Shown piece by piece: positions 23,464-37,347 of a DNA stretch of 64,000 nucleotides. The translations under genes were made by a program, and so were the position numbers. The stretch is taken from NCBI GenBank assembly GCA_016748015.1, contig JAAOMT010000175.1, positions 40,056 through 104,055 on the forward strand, read 5' to 3'. The notes under the pieces were generated by a model, which made no database searches, had not been told where the DNA came from, and worked only from the letters and a program-made list of their open reading frames with translations. Position 1 is the first letter of the stretch, and the number at the start of each line of letters is the position of its first letter. The DNA comes from Geosiphon pyriformis uo1. Its lineage: Eukaryota > Fungi > Glomeromycota.

Positions 23464-24413
23464 TCTTTTTTTGAATGTTGTTAATGTTGATTTGCTGTGA
23501 ATTCATGTTCTCAGAAAGAAGTTGGACCTCTAGTAACTGAATTTATCTTCAAATTATCTCTTATAATTTGAACTGTTGGGCTTATAAGTGGAATGGCCAA
23601 TTCCATATCAGTTGCTTTGTGTAGTTATGTTGTAGTAAACATCAACTTTTTCCCAGGAATTGCTTGTCTGGAAGCTCACTAAAAATGTGTAGTTATTTTA
23701 CTGTAAAAGTCAACTCTTCTACAAGAATTTTACCTGTAGGCTACCCTAATAATTATAATAAAAAAAGAAAAAAAAAAGAAAAAAAATATAAAAGAAATAG
23801 AATTGTGTCAAAAAAAACGTTTTCTATCCAGGCCTGGAGTTATTAACAGATTATTGAAATTGGTAGCTAATCAATTTCAAAACGTTAGTTGTGTTGAAAA
23901 AATTTCAAGTATAATAATCAAAGGATTTGGTTTTCGAATATTTAATTTTTATTTGAAATGTGTAAAAAGTGATTTGTTCTAATTAAGATATTTAAAGTGA
24001 GATACTATGTTAAGATACTATGAGAAGATACATTTTCTTGAAGAGAGAAGCTCTTTTTTTATACAACTTGTTGTAGTACTAGTCTTTGAACCTGCACTTT
24101 TCTCTTTGCTATAATTTGGGTGAACTAAAGATACATTTCGGCAAACTACAAGTTATTTCACTGAACTATTGATTATTTCAGCCAATTTCTATTAATTTCG
24201 GCAAATTTTGACTATGTTAAATGGTTTAAGATATTGTGTAATTTGATCATCTTAATTTCTAGAGTACAAATTGAATTATTGATTGAGTAATGATATTTGA
24301 TAATTTGAATAAATAATAAGTGATATTTGAAATAATGATAATATATGCTAATTAATAATAGGAATTATGAGAGTAATTTTATGCTAATTAATAGTTAAAT
24401 TCTACTGGTAACA
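23464..24413 (-). repeat. 3' LTR of D, missing about 19 terminal bp
   Basis: Aligns to 32392-33344; lacks the terminal tattactggaggtttttgg segment. Confidence 0.9.
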
Positions 24414-24424
24414 TAATCTCTTCC

Positions 24425-25100
24425 TCAAGACTGAGCTCTGTTGAAATTCAAGCACTATCTGTGATATTAAGATAGTGGTCCAAGATAATTGAAGTGATCT
24501 GGTCTGAAAATTGTTGAAATTTCAGTTCTGTGAGTTTGCCAATATGTTGAACTTTTATTGGTTGCAGTATTGAATTTTGTAGGACATTTTTGCAAGTATT
24601 GAACAAATCATAAAGTCTAAAAGCTGTTCTAAGTTTGTAGTGAGTGTTTGTTGGTCCAGCTACTGTTTTAAATTCATTGTGAATTTGTTTTTGTATAGCC
24701 TCAAAAGTGATGTTGGTTGCTTCAAGTTCCAGTTTTCATTTATAAAGTGTTTTTCCAATATGAAAATATCTATATATTAAAGTATGTTTATTGTTCTGTT
24801 TATTAAAAAATAGTAGAAGTTTTTGTTAAATTGTGACATTTGGTGGGATGTCAATAGAGACAATTAAAAAGTTTTTTTTCAGTGTTTGCTTCAAAAGTTC
24901 TGGTAATTTATTTTCAAAGTGACCTCTTGTTTTTTTTTATAGGAGTGATAATTCTGAGAATTATTTACTACTGGGGCTGTGGTTTCTTTTTGAATGTAAT
25001 TAATTTGACTTCCATTAATCGTTATGAATAAGTCAGGAAGTGTTTTCAAAGCTAACATTAATTTTTGGAATATTTGTTGAATATTTCGGGGAATAATCAT
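24425..25100 (-). pseudogene. ORF3 of D
   Basis: MIIPRNIQQIFQKL...ITING...YRYFHIGKTL...LRTAFRLYDLF...HIGKLTELKFQ...FNRAQS*. Confidence 0.72.
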
Positions 25101-25264
25101 GATAAAAATGACTAACTAATAAACAAAATTTGTAAAAAGAATAAAGAAAATTATTTTTGGGTATAGAATTTTTATTTGTTTTTGGGTTTGAATGTTTATA
25201 ATTATTTACTATTTTTGATTTATGTTTTTGTGTCTTTTAAAAAGGTTTGTAAAAATGTTAAATT

Positions 25265-26648
25265 AAGTGTTCAAGTTTGGTTGTTGTTCTATTATAATTA
25301 TTGGTTCTAAATTTTGAGAAATATTTTCAGGATTAATTAAAGAGAAATGTGTACCAATTTGTGAAATTAATGGTTCAAGATTGTTTTTGAAATGATAGTG
25401 TTTCAATCAATCTCCATGTGCAACTTTTGTTAGTACTCTGTTATTAAGTCTTAACTTATATGATCTATTGTCTAGAATTTCGTGAATATAAAATGGTCCA
25501 TTTCATTTATGTTCAAATTTTTCACTCCATTGTTTTTCAGCCTTAGTTCTATATAAGAGAACTTTATTTCTAACTTTAAATTCGTTGGTAACTGGTGGTA
25601 GTTTGTTGTCATGTCTTTTTTTTTGTAAGGGTTGAAAGTGTTCAATATGAGTGGCTGTTATGTGTTTCTTTCCTTTTAATATACTAAGAAGAGTGTAAGC
25701 TCTTCTTTGAAGTGTTTTTTGGAAGTTTTCTTCATTAATTGGTTGCACTAGATATGTTTCTACTGTGAAATTATTTGGTAATATTGCTGTCCTTCCATAA
25801 ATAAGATCAAATGATGTGTGTTTTATAGTATTTTGTTTTAGTGTTTTGTATGCTAGTAACACTGATGGAATAAAAATATTTCATTCCTATTCAAAATCTG
25901 TTGAGACTTTGGCTAAATATTCATACAATGTTCTGTTAAACTATTCTACAAGTTCATTTGTTTGGGGGTGATAAAGTGATGATAAAGGTCTTTTAATATT
26001 GAATTGTTTACAAATTTCTTGTATCAAGTTGTTCACAAAATGTGTTTCTTGATTTGATAAAAGTTCAATTGAACATCCATATCTACAAATAATGTCTTTA
26101 TAAATGAAATTTGCTACTGATTTTACATCTGCTTTTTGGATGGCTCTAGCTTCAGACCATTTGGTAAGATAATCTACTGTAACTGCAATATAACAATTTT
26201 CTTGAGTTGTAATAGATAATGGTCTAACTAAATCAATTCTAACTCTGTCAAAAGGTTGTCCAACTTTGATTGGATTTAAAGACTCTGTGGGGTGAGTTCC
26301 TTATCTTTTTTGACAACTATTACAAGAATCTACATATTGTTGAATGTCTTTTTGCATGTGAGACCAAAAATAATGTTTAAAAGTTCTCTGAATTGTTCTA
26401 TCTTTTCCCAAGTGTGTTGAAGAAGAATTTGTGTGCATGTTGTATAGAATTGTTTTTTTTTCATTTTTTTGTACTAATCAGAGTAGTTGGTTTGGATTTC
26501 TGTGATTTTTGTAATAGATTTTGTTGTAGTGTATAAAATATTGTTTAGATTGGTATTGTAATCGATGTTTTTCACTTGGAAACCAATTTTCTGGTATGGT
26601 AAGAGTCTCCAAATAGTTTTTAAGATTGTTGTAATTTCTGGGATCTAT
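25265..26648 (-). pseudogene. Integrase of D (stand-alone ORF)
   Basis: (M)DPRNYNNLKNY start; HTNSSSTHLG...CNSCQ; IDLV, DYLTKW, HPQTN; GPF. Confidence 0.88.
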
Positions 26649-26704
26649 TGTTGTTTTGTTATTTGTTAGTAGGTTGGTAAGTTGTAGTGGATTTGTTGGT
26701 GGTA

Positions 26705-28100
26705 TTAATCTTGTTTCATTCTTAAAAAGCTATCAACATTAGTGTATAGTTTTTCTGGTTTGTAGTGTACAATATATTTGTAGTTCATTAGGAAATTATT
26801 CCATTAAGACTGTTTGGTATTTTGTTCAGTCTTCTTTTTATTGAGCCATTTGAAACCAATATTGTCAGTTATAATGTCAAATTTTTTTCTATTCTTTAGA
26901 TATTGTTGAAAATATTTAATAGCCCAAATAACTGTAATAGCTTCTAATTTAGTTGAACCATATTTGAGTTCTGTTAGTTTGAGTGTTCTGCTGACATAGA
27001 CAATGACTTGCTCTTGGCTATTTTCATCTAATTGTGATAAAATGGCACTGAATGCTATATGTAAGGCATCAGTGGCTAGTTAGAATCATTTGTTGAAGTC
27101 TGGGCAAGCAAGAACTGAGACTGTTGTTAATTTTGTTTTGAAAGTATTAAAGACTTTTTGTTGTTCTTTAGTCCATTGATATGGCATGTTTTTGTTGATA
27201 AAATAATTGAGTGGTTTGGCAATTTCTGAGAATTCTTTTATGAATTTTCGATAGTAGGAGACTAATCTTACAAATCTTCATAGCTCTGTGGTATTTTTGG
27301 GAATTTGAAAGTTTTTGACAGCACTGATTGTTCCAGGATTTGGTTTGACTCCATCTTTGCTAATAATGTGTCTAAAAAAGATTAAACTTGTTTTTTCAAA
27401 GTGACATTTCTTAATGTTCAACTTTAATCTTGCTTTCCATAATCGTTAAAAAACTTCTCACAAGTGAATAAAATGAGCTTCAAAGCTTGGGAAGTATACA
27501 TCAGTGTTATCAAAATAGACAACTACTGATTGTCACAAGAGTCTTTTATATACAACATTCATGAGTTATTGAAATGTTGTTGGTGCATTGCAAAGGCCAA
27601 AAAGCATAATATTGAATTTATAGTTTTCTTCTTGAGTGGTAAATGCTGTTTTGGGTCGATCTTTTGGATCTATTTTGACTTGTCAGTATCTACTTTCCAA
27701 GTCTAAAGTTGAGAAGAACTTGGCTTTTCTTAAAGTGTCTAACATGTTATCAATTCTTGGAAGAGGGTAGGCATTTCCAATTGTGACACTATTCAATTGT
27801 CAATAGTTAACACAAAATCTGATTTTTTCATTTTTCTTTTTGATAAGAACTACTAATAAGGCCTATGCACTTCTTAATGGTTGAATCAATCCATTATTGA
27901 GCATTTTTTGGACTTCTTCTCTGATGAATTGGTGGCTGGCAGGTGGTACTTGATAAGCTTGTTGTCATTTTGGTAGAACATCTTCTGTGTGGATCTGGTG
28001 TTGAACAATATCAGTTTTTCCAAGATAATTGTTGTCTTTTGCAAATATATTTGCAAATTCAGCTATCAGTTGTTTCAATTGTCTTTGTTGTTGGGGTTTT
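26705..28100 (-). pseudogene. pol: RT and RNase H of D
   Basis: RFCVNY, FGLCNAPTTFQ, VYFDN, TDAL, NVDSFLRMKQD*. Confidence 0.9.
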
Positions 28101-28199
28101 AAGAGACCCATGTTGATTTGAAAGAGTTTTTCTTCCAAAAGGTGGTAGTTTTTAGTAGTAAAAATGATGTTTGGATTTGGAAGTAGTGTATGTCTTATA

Positions 28200-28975
28200 A
28201 TTTCGATAAAATTAGAGACAATTTGAGGGTTTTTATCTTGAAAAATGTTACTGTATATGATTCCAATCTCTAATTTGTTCAATAAGACAATAGGGTAATT
28301 ATTGGGATTGTAGAATATAACTTGAAATTTTTTTATTCTTTTGGGAATATAAACATTTGGGATTAAGATTTCATGCTTTAAACAGATTTGTTTATTGGAT
28401 TCAAAAATTTGTTGGGTATTGGTGGGTTTTGAGCAAGTGTAAATTTCATAATGTTCTCCAAAAGATAAAATAATAGTTGATTGGAGAAGTTGAAGAATCT
28501 GGTGGGATTCATTTTGTGTATTGAGAGCTATGTTTACTGGTACTGTAAACCATCTAATTAAACCAAAACTTTGCATCCCTCTTTCACTTTTTCCCAATTG
28601 TTCTCTGTTGTTTACTGATTGTAAACCCGAAATGTTGATTAAAAGTAGATAAATTACTTGGACAATCTTTTCAGCATGTTCAATCCTGAATAATTTGTCT
28701 GTTTCATTCTGCAACATGATAGTAATGTCTTCAGTATATTCTGCATCTATAACTCCTCCTCTAATGTTGATTTCTTTGCTTGCTAATAATGATCTGAATG
28801 CAATTTGAATCATTGCTCTAGGTAAAATTTCAAGAGTGATTTTGAGATTGATTTTTGTCAAAGACTTTGGTTGGAGAACCAAAGTATCTTTTCCTGGGTA
28901 TCTTAGATTATATCTAACATTAATTTCGTGTGCTTTTTCTGGTTTTATTCCTTGGCCATGGTTGTCAAAATATTT
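28200..28975 (-). pseudogene. dut: dUTPase and second dUTPase-like domain of D
   Basis: YNLRYP, FRSLLA, GGVIDAEY, EKIVQ, SERGMQSFG; then IFYNPNNYPIVLLNKLEIG. Confidence 0.88.
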
Positions 28976-29099
28976 AAGTTGTAGAGGTAATTGATTTTTA
29001 AGAAAATAGATGGAAGTACTTGGTAGTTTTTCTACCAGTTCAAATATTCCAAATTCGATTTTATTTTTATCATTTTCATCTGATAGAGGAATGCTAAAA

Positions 29100-32000
29100 G
29101 CATAATATTCTAAACACCATTGGTTATCACAAGACATAATACATTCTTCACATAATTAAATGTTCAATTGCTCTAATTATTGAATTTAAGCTTCTTTGGT
29201 TGGGTATGTATAACTTGCAATTTGGTGGTAGGTTTCTACTTCATTTTTATAATCAAATCTAATTAATTCTATAGTATACTCAATATATTCAGCTTCTTTC
29301 ATTTGGTGGACATCTTTTTGTATGGCTCTATTGATTAATGCTATTGCTAAGTCAAAAATCATTTCAGCATTATGAAGATAGTGATAGAGTTTATTGAGAA
29401 TATTGTTGTATGCTGCATCAAATGGTGTTTTTTTTTTGACTTTTTCCGAAATTAATAGAGCATATTAACAAGTTTGATTACATATTCCTCCTCTCATTGC
29501 AACATCAATCCAGTTGCATTCTTTTGGTAGCATATCTCCACATATAAGGCAAGGTGTGTTGTCCTATTTTCCACTTTTTTTTGGAAATCCAAATCGTTCT
29601 CTATGGCATGTTTTGCAAAAGTAGCAGGTGCAAGTTTTATATTTCTCTTCTGAAAAAATACATGCTCTCATTGATAAAAGTTTTTTGTTGCAATTTTTGC
29701 ATTTAAGTAGAATGTAAGGTGGTTTTTTTTGTGGTTCTGGTGTAGAATACCTAACTTTTTTCTATTCTCTTAATTCTTCAAAAATCTTTTGTTCTGTTTC
29801 CTCAGCCCAATTGGATGTTGATCCAAGTGCCATATAAGTTTCAGTAAGTGGCATTTCCTTCTTTTCCTCAAATTCAAACACTAGGGCTTTTTCTAATTGT
29901 TTGTTAAAAGTGTTACACATAGCAGGTACTATGGTGTATTGTTCTTGATATGAGATTTTAAGTTCCTAAGTTTCTCAATCTAACTTTGCATTGGTCTTAA
30001 GAAGCCAATCATTTCTGATGAGAGCTTGGTATTGAGATGCATTCATGACTAGAACTTTAACTGAAATGGTGATTTCATCAATAGTGAATGAGAAATTGTC
30101 AATTTCTCCTACTGGTGTCTTTTTTATATTATTTGTTGTAATAATTACTGTTTGGGCTAGTCTGTTAACATTTTGATTAAGTTGTTGCATTAATTGGTAG
30201 ATGATAATACTTCCAGCAGATCTACTGTCTAGAATTAATCAAATGGGCTTTTTTTTTACTGTAGCTTTAGTGTATATGGCAGTAATAGCTTTTTGCTCAT
30301 TAACTGCTGCATTGCTAAGCAAGAATGGTGATTCATTGGCTTCAAATTCGAATCGAAAGATATCTGACAGGTTGGCATTTTGGGCAATTTGGGCTGATGG
30401 AATGATATTGTTAAAAGGGTTTGATCTTAATGCTATAACTTCATCTTCAAAAAGTACAGATTGTTGAAAATTCGATCTTTCAGGCATTGTAAGATAACTG
30501 GGTTGAGTGTAATAGTGATTGGGTCTTTGCTGACCAGAATTTTGAAGAACCAACTGGTTGTTTGGATTGTTTCTGTTGTTGTTATTCTGAAATTGATTTT
30601 GGGGTGTAAATTGGTTATGTTGAACCAATCTTCTGGCTGGTATTTGATATTGTTGAGTAGGTGGTGTCTGATATTGCTGAATTGGTAAAGGTTGCTGATA
30701 TTGTTACTGCATTGGTTGTGAAGCTGGTTAATAGTAACTGTTTTGATTTTGTGGTCTTGGTGAATAATAAGTTGGTGGTGGAGGTTGGTAATAAGATTGT
30801 TGTAGTGAAGAATAACATTGATTACTCCTGTTTTGTTGGTCTCTCTGTAATTTCTTGCAATCTTGTTTCCAGTATCCTGAGATTTCACAATAATAGCAAT
30901 TTTGAAATTGGTTGTTGGATGGTAATCCAAAATTGTTTTGATTGCGTTATTGTGGGGGTTGGTATCTTTGTGGTTGTTGCTGCTATTGTTGTTGATTTGT
31001 AAAGTAGCTTTCAACCTTTTTTGTGAGTTGGTTTATTTTTTTTTCAGCTGCTGAGCTGGTTTTTCCAATAGCTAGATTGACAAGTTTGGTGTGGTTTGCT
31101 TCTTCCATTGCTATTTTATAGTTTTTTGCATGTCTAATGACAGTTGCTAAGTCTTCTAAAGCATGTGGACAAACTTTTTTATGAGTTTGTCTTTTAATTT
31201 TGCTATGAACTGATTCAGAATCTGGGCATTGAAATAGTAGTTATTGGTTTCCAATTGTCAAATTTGTCTCAAAAGTTTATTGAATCTTTCAAGATAGGTC
31301 ATAACAGTTTCAGATGTTTTTTGTTTAATATTTTGAAAACAATTGTGAAGAGTGATAGAGGTGTTGTTGTCAGTGAATTGTTATAAAAAAGCATCTTTAA
31401 ATGCTTGCCAGTTTTCAAATGGTTTTTCTAAGTTTTCAAACTATTCTTCTGCAGTTCCTTGGAAAAAGTATGAGATTACTTTAAGCATTTTTGCTGTATT
31501 TCAACCATTTGCATCTCCTGCTTTCTAGACTTTATCAAGCCATTCTTGTGAACTGGTATCATTGTCTTCACCAGTGAATTCAAGAATCTTTGCAATATAA
31601 GCAGTTGTCATGTCTTCTTTATTTTTTGTGGTTTCTTCTTGTTTTGATTCAGTTTCTTTACTTTTCAAGTTTTTTGAATGATTACTTTCATTTTCCTGTA
31701 AGTAATCAATAATATTGGTGCTTGTTGATATGGATTTCTGCAGTTGAGTAGGATTTTTAGGTGACTGAAAATCTTCTGGTCTGGAAAAATGGTTAAATGG
31801 TGAATTTAGTGTTTGTAGTTAAGCAAGTAAAATTAAAAATAGTATAATAGAAAGTGGTAATTTGACACTGGTTCTTTGTTCAGGTGTTTGCAAGTATTTG
31901 ACAGTTGTCTTTGGTAGTATTGGAGTGTTTAAGGTGATTCTTGAGTATTGTTTCACTTTTTGTTTGCCTTTGTTGCTTGTTTCTGTTTTTGATTTAAAGT

Positions 32001-32327
32001 CAAGAGAGTATTTGAACTGTACTGAGTATTTTTCTTCACAATACTCAGTAATGTTAAAATTAAGTTCTTGAAAGTAAGTAACAAGTGTTTCACTGTTTAG
32101 GTCTTTTATTCCCAATTGTGAATAGTGCACTAAATTATTGTAGAGATTGTTTCTGACTTCTGAAATGTTGTAGTTTCCAAAAAATAGTTGTTGATGCAAT
32201 TTTCAATGTATTGGTATAGTGATTTTTTGAAAATTTCAATTCCGTCTTGGATGTTGAATCTTTGCTTGCAGTGTATATAAATTGACTGATAATACTCTAG
32301 AGTTGTTGTGTCTGATATGGTCGCCAT
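29100..32327 (-). pseudogene. gag, protease and Cys-rich domain of D
   Basis: EFTGEDND, LNQFIA; ILDSRSAGSII, ALIRNDWL; CKNC, CKTC, CLIC, CEEC. Confidence 0.85.
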
Positions 32328-32372
32328 TTTGAAGTTGTTTTTGTTGTGTTGTTTCCATGAAAGAGCACCAAA

Positions 32373-33344
32373 TATTACTGGAGGTTTTTGGTCTTTTTTT
32401 TTGAATGTTGTTAATGTTAATTTGCTGTAAATTCACGTTCTCAGGAAGTAGTTGGACCTCCAGTAACTGAATTTATCTTCAAATTATCTCCTATAATTTG
32501 AACTGCTGGACTTATAAGTGAAATGGCCAATTTCATACCAGTTGCTTTGTGTAGTTACATTGTAGTAAATGTCAACTCTTTTCCAGGAATTGCTTGTCTA
32601 GAAGCTCACTAAAAATGTGTAGTTACTTTACTATAAAAGTCAACTCTTCTACAGAAATCTTGTTTGTAAGCTACTCTAATAATTATAATAAAAAAAGAAA
32701 GAAAAAAATAAAAAAAATGTCAAAAAAATAGAATTGTGTCAAGGAAAACGTTTTCTATTCAGGCCTGGAGTCATTAACAGTTTATTAAAATTGGTAGCTA
32801 ATCAATTTCAAAACATTAGTTGTGTTGAGGAAATTTCAAGTATAATAATCAAAGGATTTGGTTTTCGAATATTTAATTTTTATTTGAAATGTGTAAAAAG
32901 TGATTTGTTCTAATTAAGATATCTAAAGTGAAATACTATGTTAAGATACTATGAGAAGATATATTTTTTTGAAGAGAAAAGCTCTTATTTTATACAACTT
33001 GTTGTAGTACTAGTCTTTGAACTTGCACTTTTCTCTTTGCTATAATTTGGGTAAACTAAAGATATATTTTGGCAAATTACAAGTTATTTTACTAAACTAT
33101 TGATTATTTCAGCCAATTTCTATTAATTTCGGCGAATTTTAACTATGTTAAATGGTTCAGAGTATTGTGTAATTTGATCATCTTAATTTCTAGAGTACAA
33201 ATCGAATTATTGATTAAGTAATGATATTTGATAATTTGATTAAATAATAAGTAATATTCGAAATAATGATAATATATGCTAATTAATAATAGGAATTATG
33301 AGAGTAATTTTATGCTAATTAATAGTTAAATTCTACTGGTAACA
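32373..33344 (-). repeat. 5' LTR of D (972 bp)
   Basis: Followed on the minus strand by TTTGGTGCTCTT; repeat of 23464-24413. Confidence 0.93.
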
Positions 33345-34684
33345 GCATTTTTTTAATGCCATAAATTTTGTTGGTTGGAATTCCAAGTGTGCATTTGGTG
33401 TTGTATATAATACTCTGCATAATTTGTTTAATATGAGTAGGACATTTTGTGTGTGGTATTTTAATAGTTGGTTTCATGCTAGTTTTATCAACTTTGTTTT
33501 TATATTACTTTGATCTTACTTTATGAAGACTCTCTATTACTATTACTTATAGTCAAGAAAAAATGTTGATATGATTCAAGCTATTCTAATGTGCTGTGTA
33601 TTTAATATGAATTGGTCAAAAACTTTAACTACACATTTTTTTGTGCTCATGATGCTGCCACTAAGGAGAATTTAATCTTGTTAACTATTAGAACTTGGAT
33701 TGATTTGCTAGGTTTTAATGCTACTAACAGTATGATGATTTATTCTCTGTATAAGACTGGTTTTTCAGATCAATTGTATATGACACTTGCCAAGAGCTTT
33801 GTAATAAAAGTGTGGGTAACTGATACAATATGACTTATAGGTAGTGGTTCCAATAGTGTTAGTTGTGTTATAAAGCTGGTATGGAGTTTTACCAAAAGTC
33901 ACAGATCTATCATATGATTGCTGATTGCCAAATTGAGATTACATTATAAGAAATGTGATCTGTTGTCATGTAATAGATCCAAGATACTAACAGTATTTGG
34001 GCTAGTTTTCTTTTGGTCTCATGATACAATTTTTAATTTTAGTATTAAGCTAAATATTTATGTTTGTTTTGGTTTGTATCCTTATTTGACTAGTATTAGA
34101 TTTGGCTTTCTGTATGACATTCTTGTAGTTGATAATTTTAGTGCTTAGTGGTGTCTTAATTGGCCCAAGTGGTCAGTCACATGTGAAAAAATACATAAGC
34201 CATACTTAATATAGAAGCTTATATGTTTCTATAATCTTAGATAGTAGTTGGGCCTTACTTATTAATTATTTAATAATAAAAAAATGCTTTTTAATTATCA
34301 TAGAAATAATTAAATAAAAAATAAAGTTTTAAATATTTATTATTGAAATAAGTTACAATATTATTATGTTTTATATTATAGTAATTTTTGAAATATTGAC
34401 AATTTTTTTTATAAAAAGCATTATTAATTGCTATTTATTTTTGTTTTTTGAATAAAAGTTCTAATATTGTAATAATTTAACAAATTTCTTAAAAAATGTG
34501 CTTATAGCAATAATATTAGATTTGGTTTTAACAAGTCTAAATTAAAATATAATAAAAGCTAATAACTATATATAAAAACAAACAAAATTAAAAAAAGTAA
34601 GTTTAATATAAATTAATTTAAATAAAAACTAAAAAAAAATTAATTTAATACATTTTAACTTTTTTTTTAATTACCAATTAATAT

Positions 34685-35614
34685 TGTTACAGGTGATTAT
34701 TTGGGGTCTTAAGTCAAATAACAAATCTGTAACTTGGTGCTCAAAAGCTATTTTGCATTGTTGATGATCTGAAGGTTTTGTATCTAAAGGTTTTGTTGAA
34801 GTCCTTTGTATAATGAACAGAGATTCAATAGTTGTTTTATCCATAGCTTCTCAGACTTGCAAGTCTGTCAATTCTTTTCTCGGCTTGGTGGCTGGCAATC
34901 CTCTGGTAAGTAATTCGTATCTTCTGTACGTGTTCTACCCACTTGCAAGGGTCTTTTACCAGGCAATTCTTGACGTTAGTAATCAGCACTTTTAATCAAT
35001 TGGTTAGTGCACAATAACAAAATCACAGAAAATAAAGAAAATAAAAAAATATAAAAAAAAAAAAGAAATAAGCCAAGGCAATTTGCAAGTTAGTATTCTA
35101 TCAATAGCCATAATTAAGAGCTATTGTTCCAATATAGTTAAGTATCAGTTACTATTAACACTTCATGTTGATAGTAAAAAATGAATTTGATATAGTGAAT
35201 AATTATTTATTTGAGGATTGTGGTAACTAAGCTAAGAATTCTTGGTGTTGATTCTTTTTTTTTTTTTTTGTAATTTTAATAATTATGATTTTGCAAGTCT
35301 AATTGATTTTATGAGTCTAATTGACTCCACAAATCAATTGACTCTAAGTCCCATTGACTAATTTTCTAACTTCTGATACTACTGCTATATATACATATTT
35401 GAGATTCCTCAATTCTTCAATTTTTTATGTCAGGAATCCTGGAATTTCTGGAATTTTGCAATTCCTTTGAGAGGAATTCTAGAATTCTGGAATTTTGCGA
35501 TTCCTCATGTGAGAATCCTGCAATTCTTGGAATCCTGGAATTCCACATTTACTATATCTATCTATGATTGGCTAATTTATATGCTAATATACTTTCTATA
35601 TTTTATGAGTAACA
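34685..35614 (-). mobile_element. Solo LTR related to families A and F
   Basis: TGTTAC...TAACA; starts TGTTACTCATAAAA on the minus strand like A; flanks ATAT/ACAT. Confidence 0.88.
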
Positions 35615-37347
35615 ACATTTAATACATAATATTTGTTCTTATATAAAGAAAAATTTCGAATAAATGTTTGATAAAATTATTTTTTGCTCTTTTATAAATT
35701 GTTTTTATATAAAAAAAATTGTTAATTAATTAATTAGTTCTATAAAAAATGTTCTTTGTAAAAAGTTGTTCTTTTATTAAAAAATTTTTATAAAGATCTA
35801 ATTATAATAGTTAATTTAAATTTAATTTTAATAATAAAAACAAAATTTTATTAAATTCTAAAATAAATACTTTTAAAATAAAAATAAATAAATATTAACT
35901 ATAATATTATAAAATACAAAAATATCTTTTTTATTTTTTATTTAAATTAAGTTAATTTGCTTTTGTAATTATTAAAAAACGTTAAAAATTATTCTTAAAA
36001 AATTATATGTTTTAAAAGCTAATAACTTGGATAATTGATTATAAAAAAAATTTAATATATTAATTTAAATAATTTAAAAGATAATAAAAACATAGACAAT
36101 ATAATATTATGTTATATTTGAATTATTACTTTTAATTTATTAAAATTATTATATTTATTTATAATTAATTATATAAGTAATGATAATATTAAAAAAAAAA
36201 TTTACCAATTTTTGGTATAATAAATACCAAAATTTTTTTGTTAATTAAAAAAAAAGAGTTTTTGGTTTTATTAAATTGTTTGTTTTGAATATAAACATAT
36301 TAGCTATTTTTGAAAAAATCTAAATAATAAATTAAAAATTATTAAGAAATTATTTATTAAATAAATTGTTTTAAAAAAACTTTAATTTTTTTATGATTTT
36401 ATAAAATAATTTAATTTATATTTACTTTTAAATCTAGTTTTAATTAGACTAAAAAATTAATTATTAATAAAAAAATCTTAATGAATACTAATCTAAAACA
36501 GATTAATAATAGATTAAATTAAGAAGTAATTATTAAAAAAATCTCTGTTAATCTTCTTAAATTAATATTAAAATTAGTATTTATTAAATTTAATAAGATA
36601 AAAACAATTAAAATACAACTAATTGGTCTTTAACAAAAAGTATTAATAAAATTTAAGAGTGTTAATATTACTACCTTAATAGTTTTTAAATAATTATAAA
36701 AATTTTGTACATGTTACTAAAATTAATATAAACAAATAAATATAGAATTTAAAAAACTAATATTATGCTTTTTTATATATGCTTTTAATATATACTATAG
36801 TTTATATTTTTTTAAATCTAGTAATATCATATAATAAAAAAACTTGTATTATAATATGTAATTTAATTACATATATATAAGCTTATTGTACTATAATATG
36901 TTTTAATTTGACTGTTATTAAAGATGTTATTATTTATTTAATTTTAATTTACAAAAATATAAGCTTATATTGAACTGGATTTATATATTTTTCTAATTTA
37001 AACAGATAGTATTTTATATATATATATACAAAAAAACAAGTTTCTGTTTTTTGTCCAGTTTTTTTAATAGTAAAACTTGAATTTTAATAGTCAATAATAC
37101 AAATTTTAATTTTTTTTATAATTTATATTATAACAAAAGACTTATTTAATGTTTTAAATTATAATTTTATGGCTTTGGCTTTAAATTCATATCTAAATGT
37201 TTTAAAACATTTTTTAGAACTTTTGATTAACTGAATTTTCAAAATTATATACAAGTTAAATTTTTTTTATTTATCTTTATATTTGACAAACATTAAAAAA
37301 AATATTTTTTAATATAATATACTACTTTTATATATAACTATTAATAT

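Larger units (their letters stand above)
23464..33344 (-). mobile_element. Ty3/Gypsy LTR retrotransposon D (dUTPase-bearing)
   Basis: LTRs 23464-24413 and 32373-33344; PBS 32361-32372; PPT 24414-24428; full domain set on the minus strand. Confidence 0.93.
18269..34285 (+). mobile_element. Non-LTR retrotransposon (LINE, APE-type) relic 1, interrupted by D
   Basis: ORF1, APE and RT at 18269-23463; C-terminal part at 33345-34148; 3' UTR ending in an A-rich tail near 34285. Confidence 0.85.

Noticed and set aside
30461-31002. Val/Leu-rich plus-strand ORFs
   Set aside because: Antisense shadow of the CAA/AAC-rich Gln/Asn region of D gag.
35430-35545. Heat-shock elements in the solo LTR U3
   Set aside because: Only TTCnnGAA dyads are present; canonical three-unit nGAAn spacing is not met.
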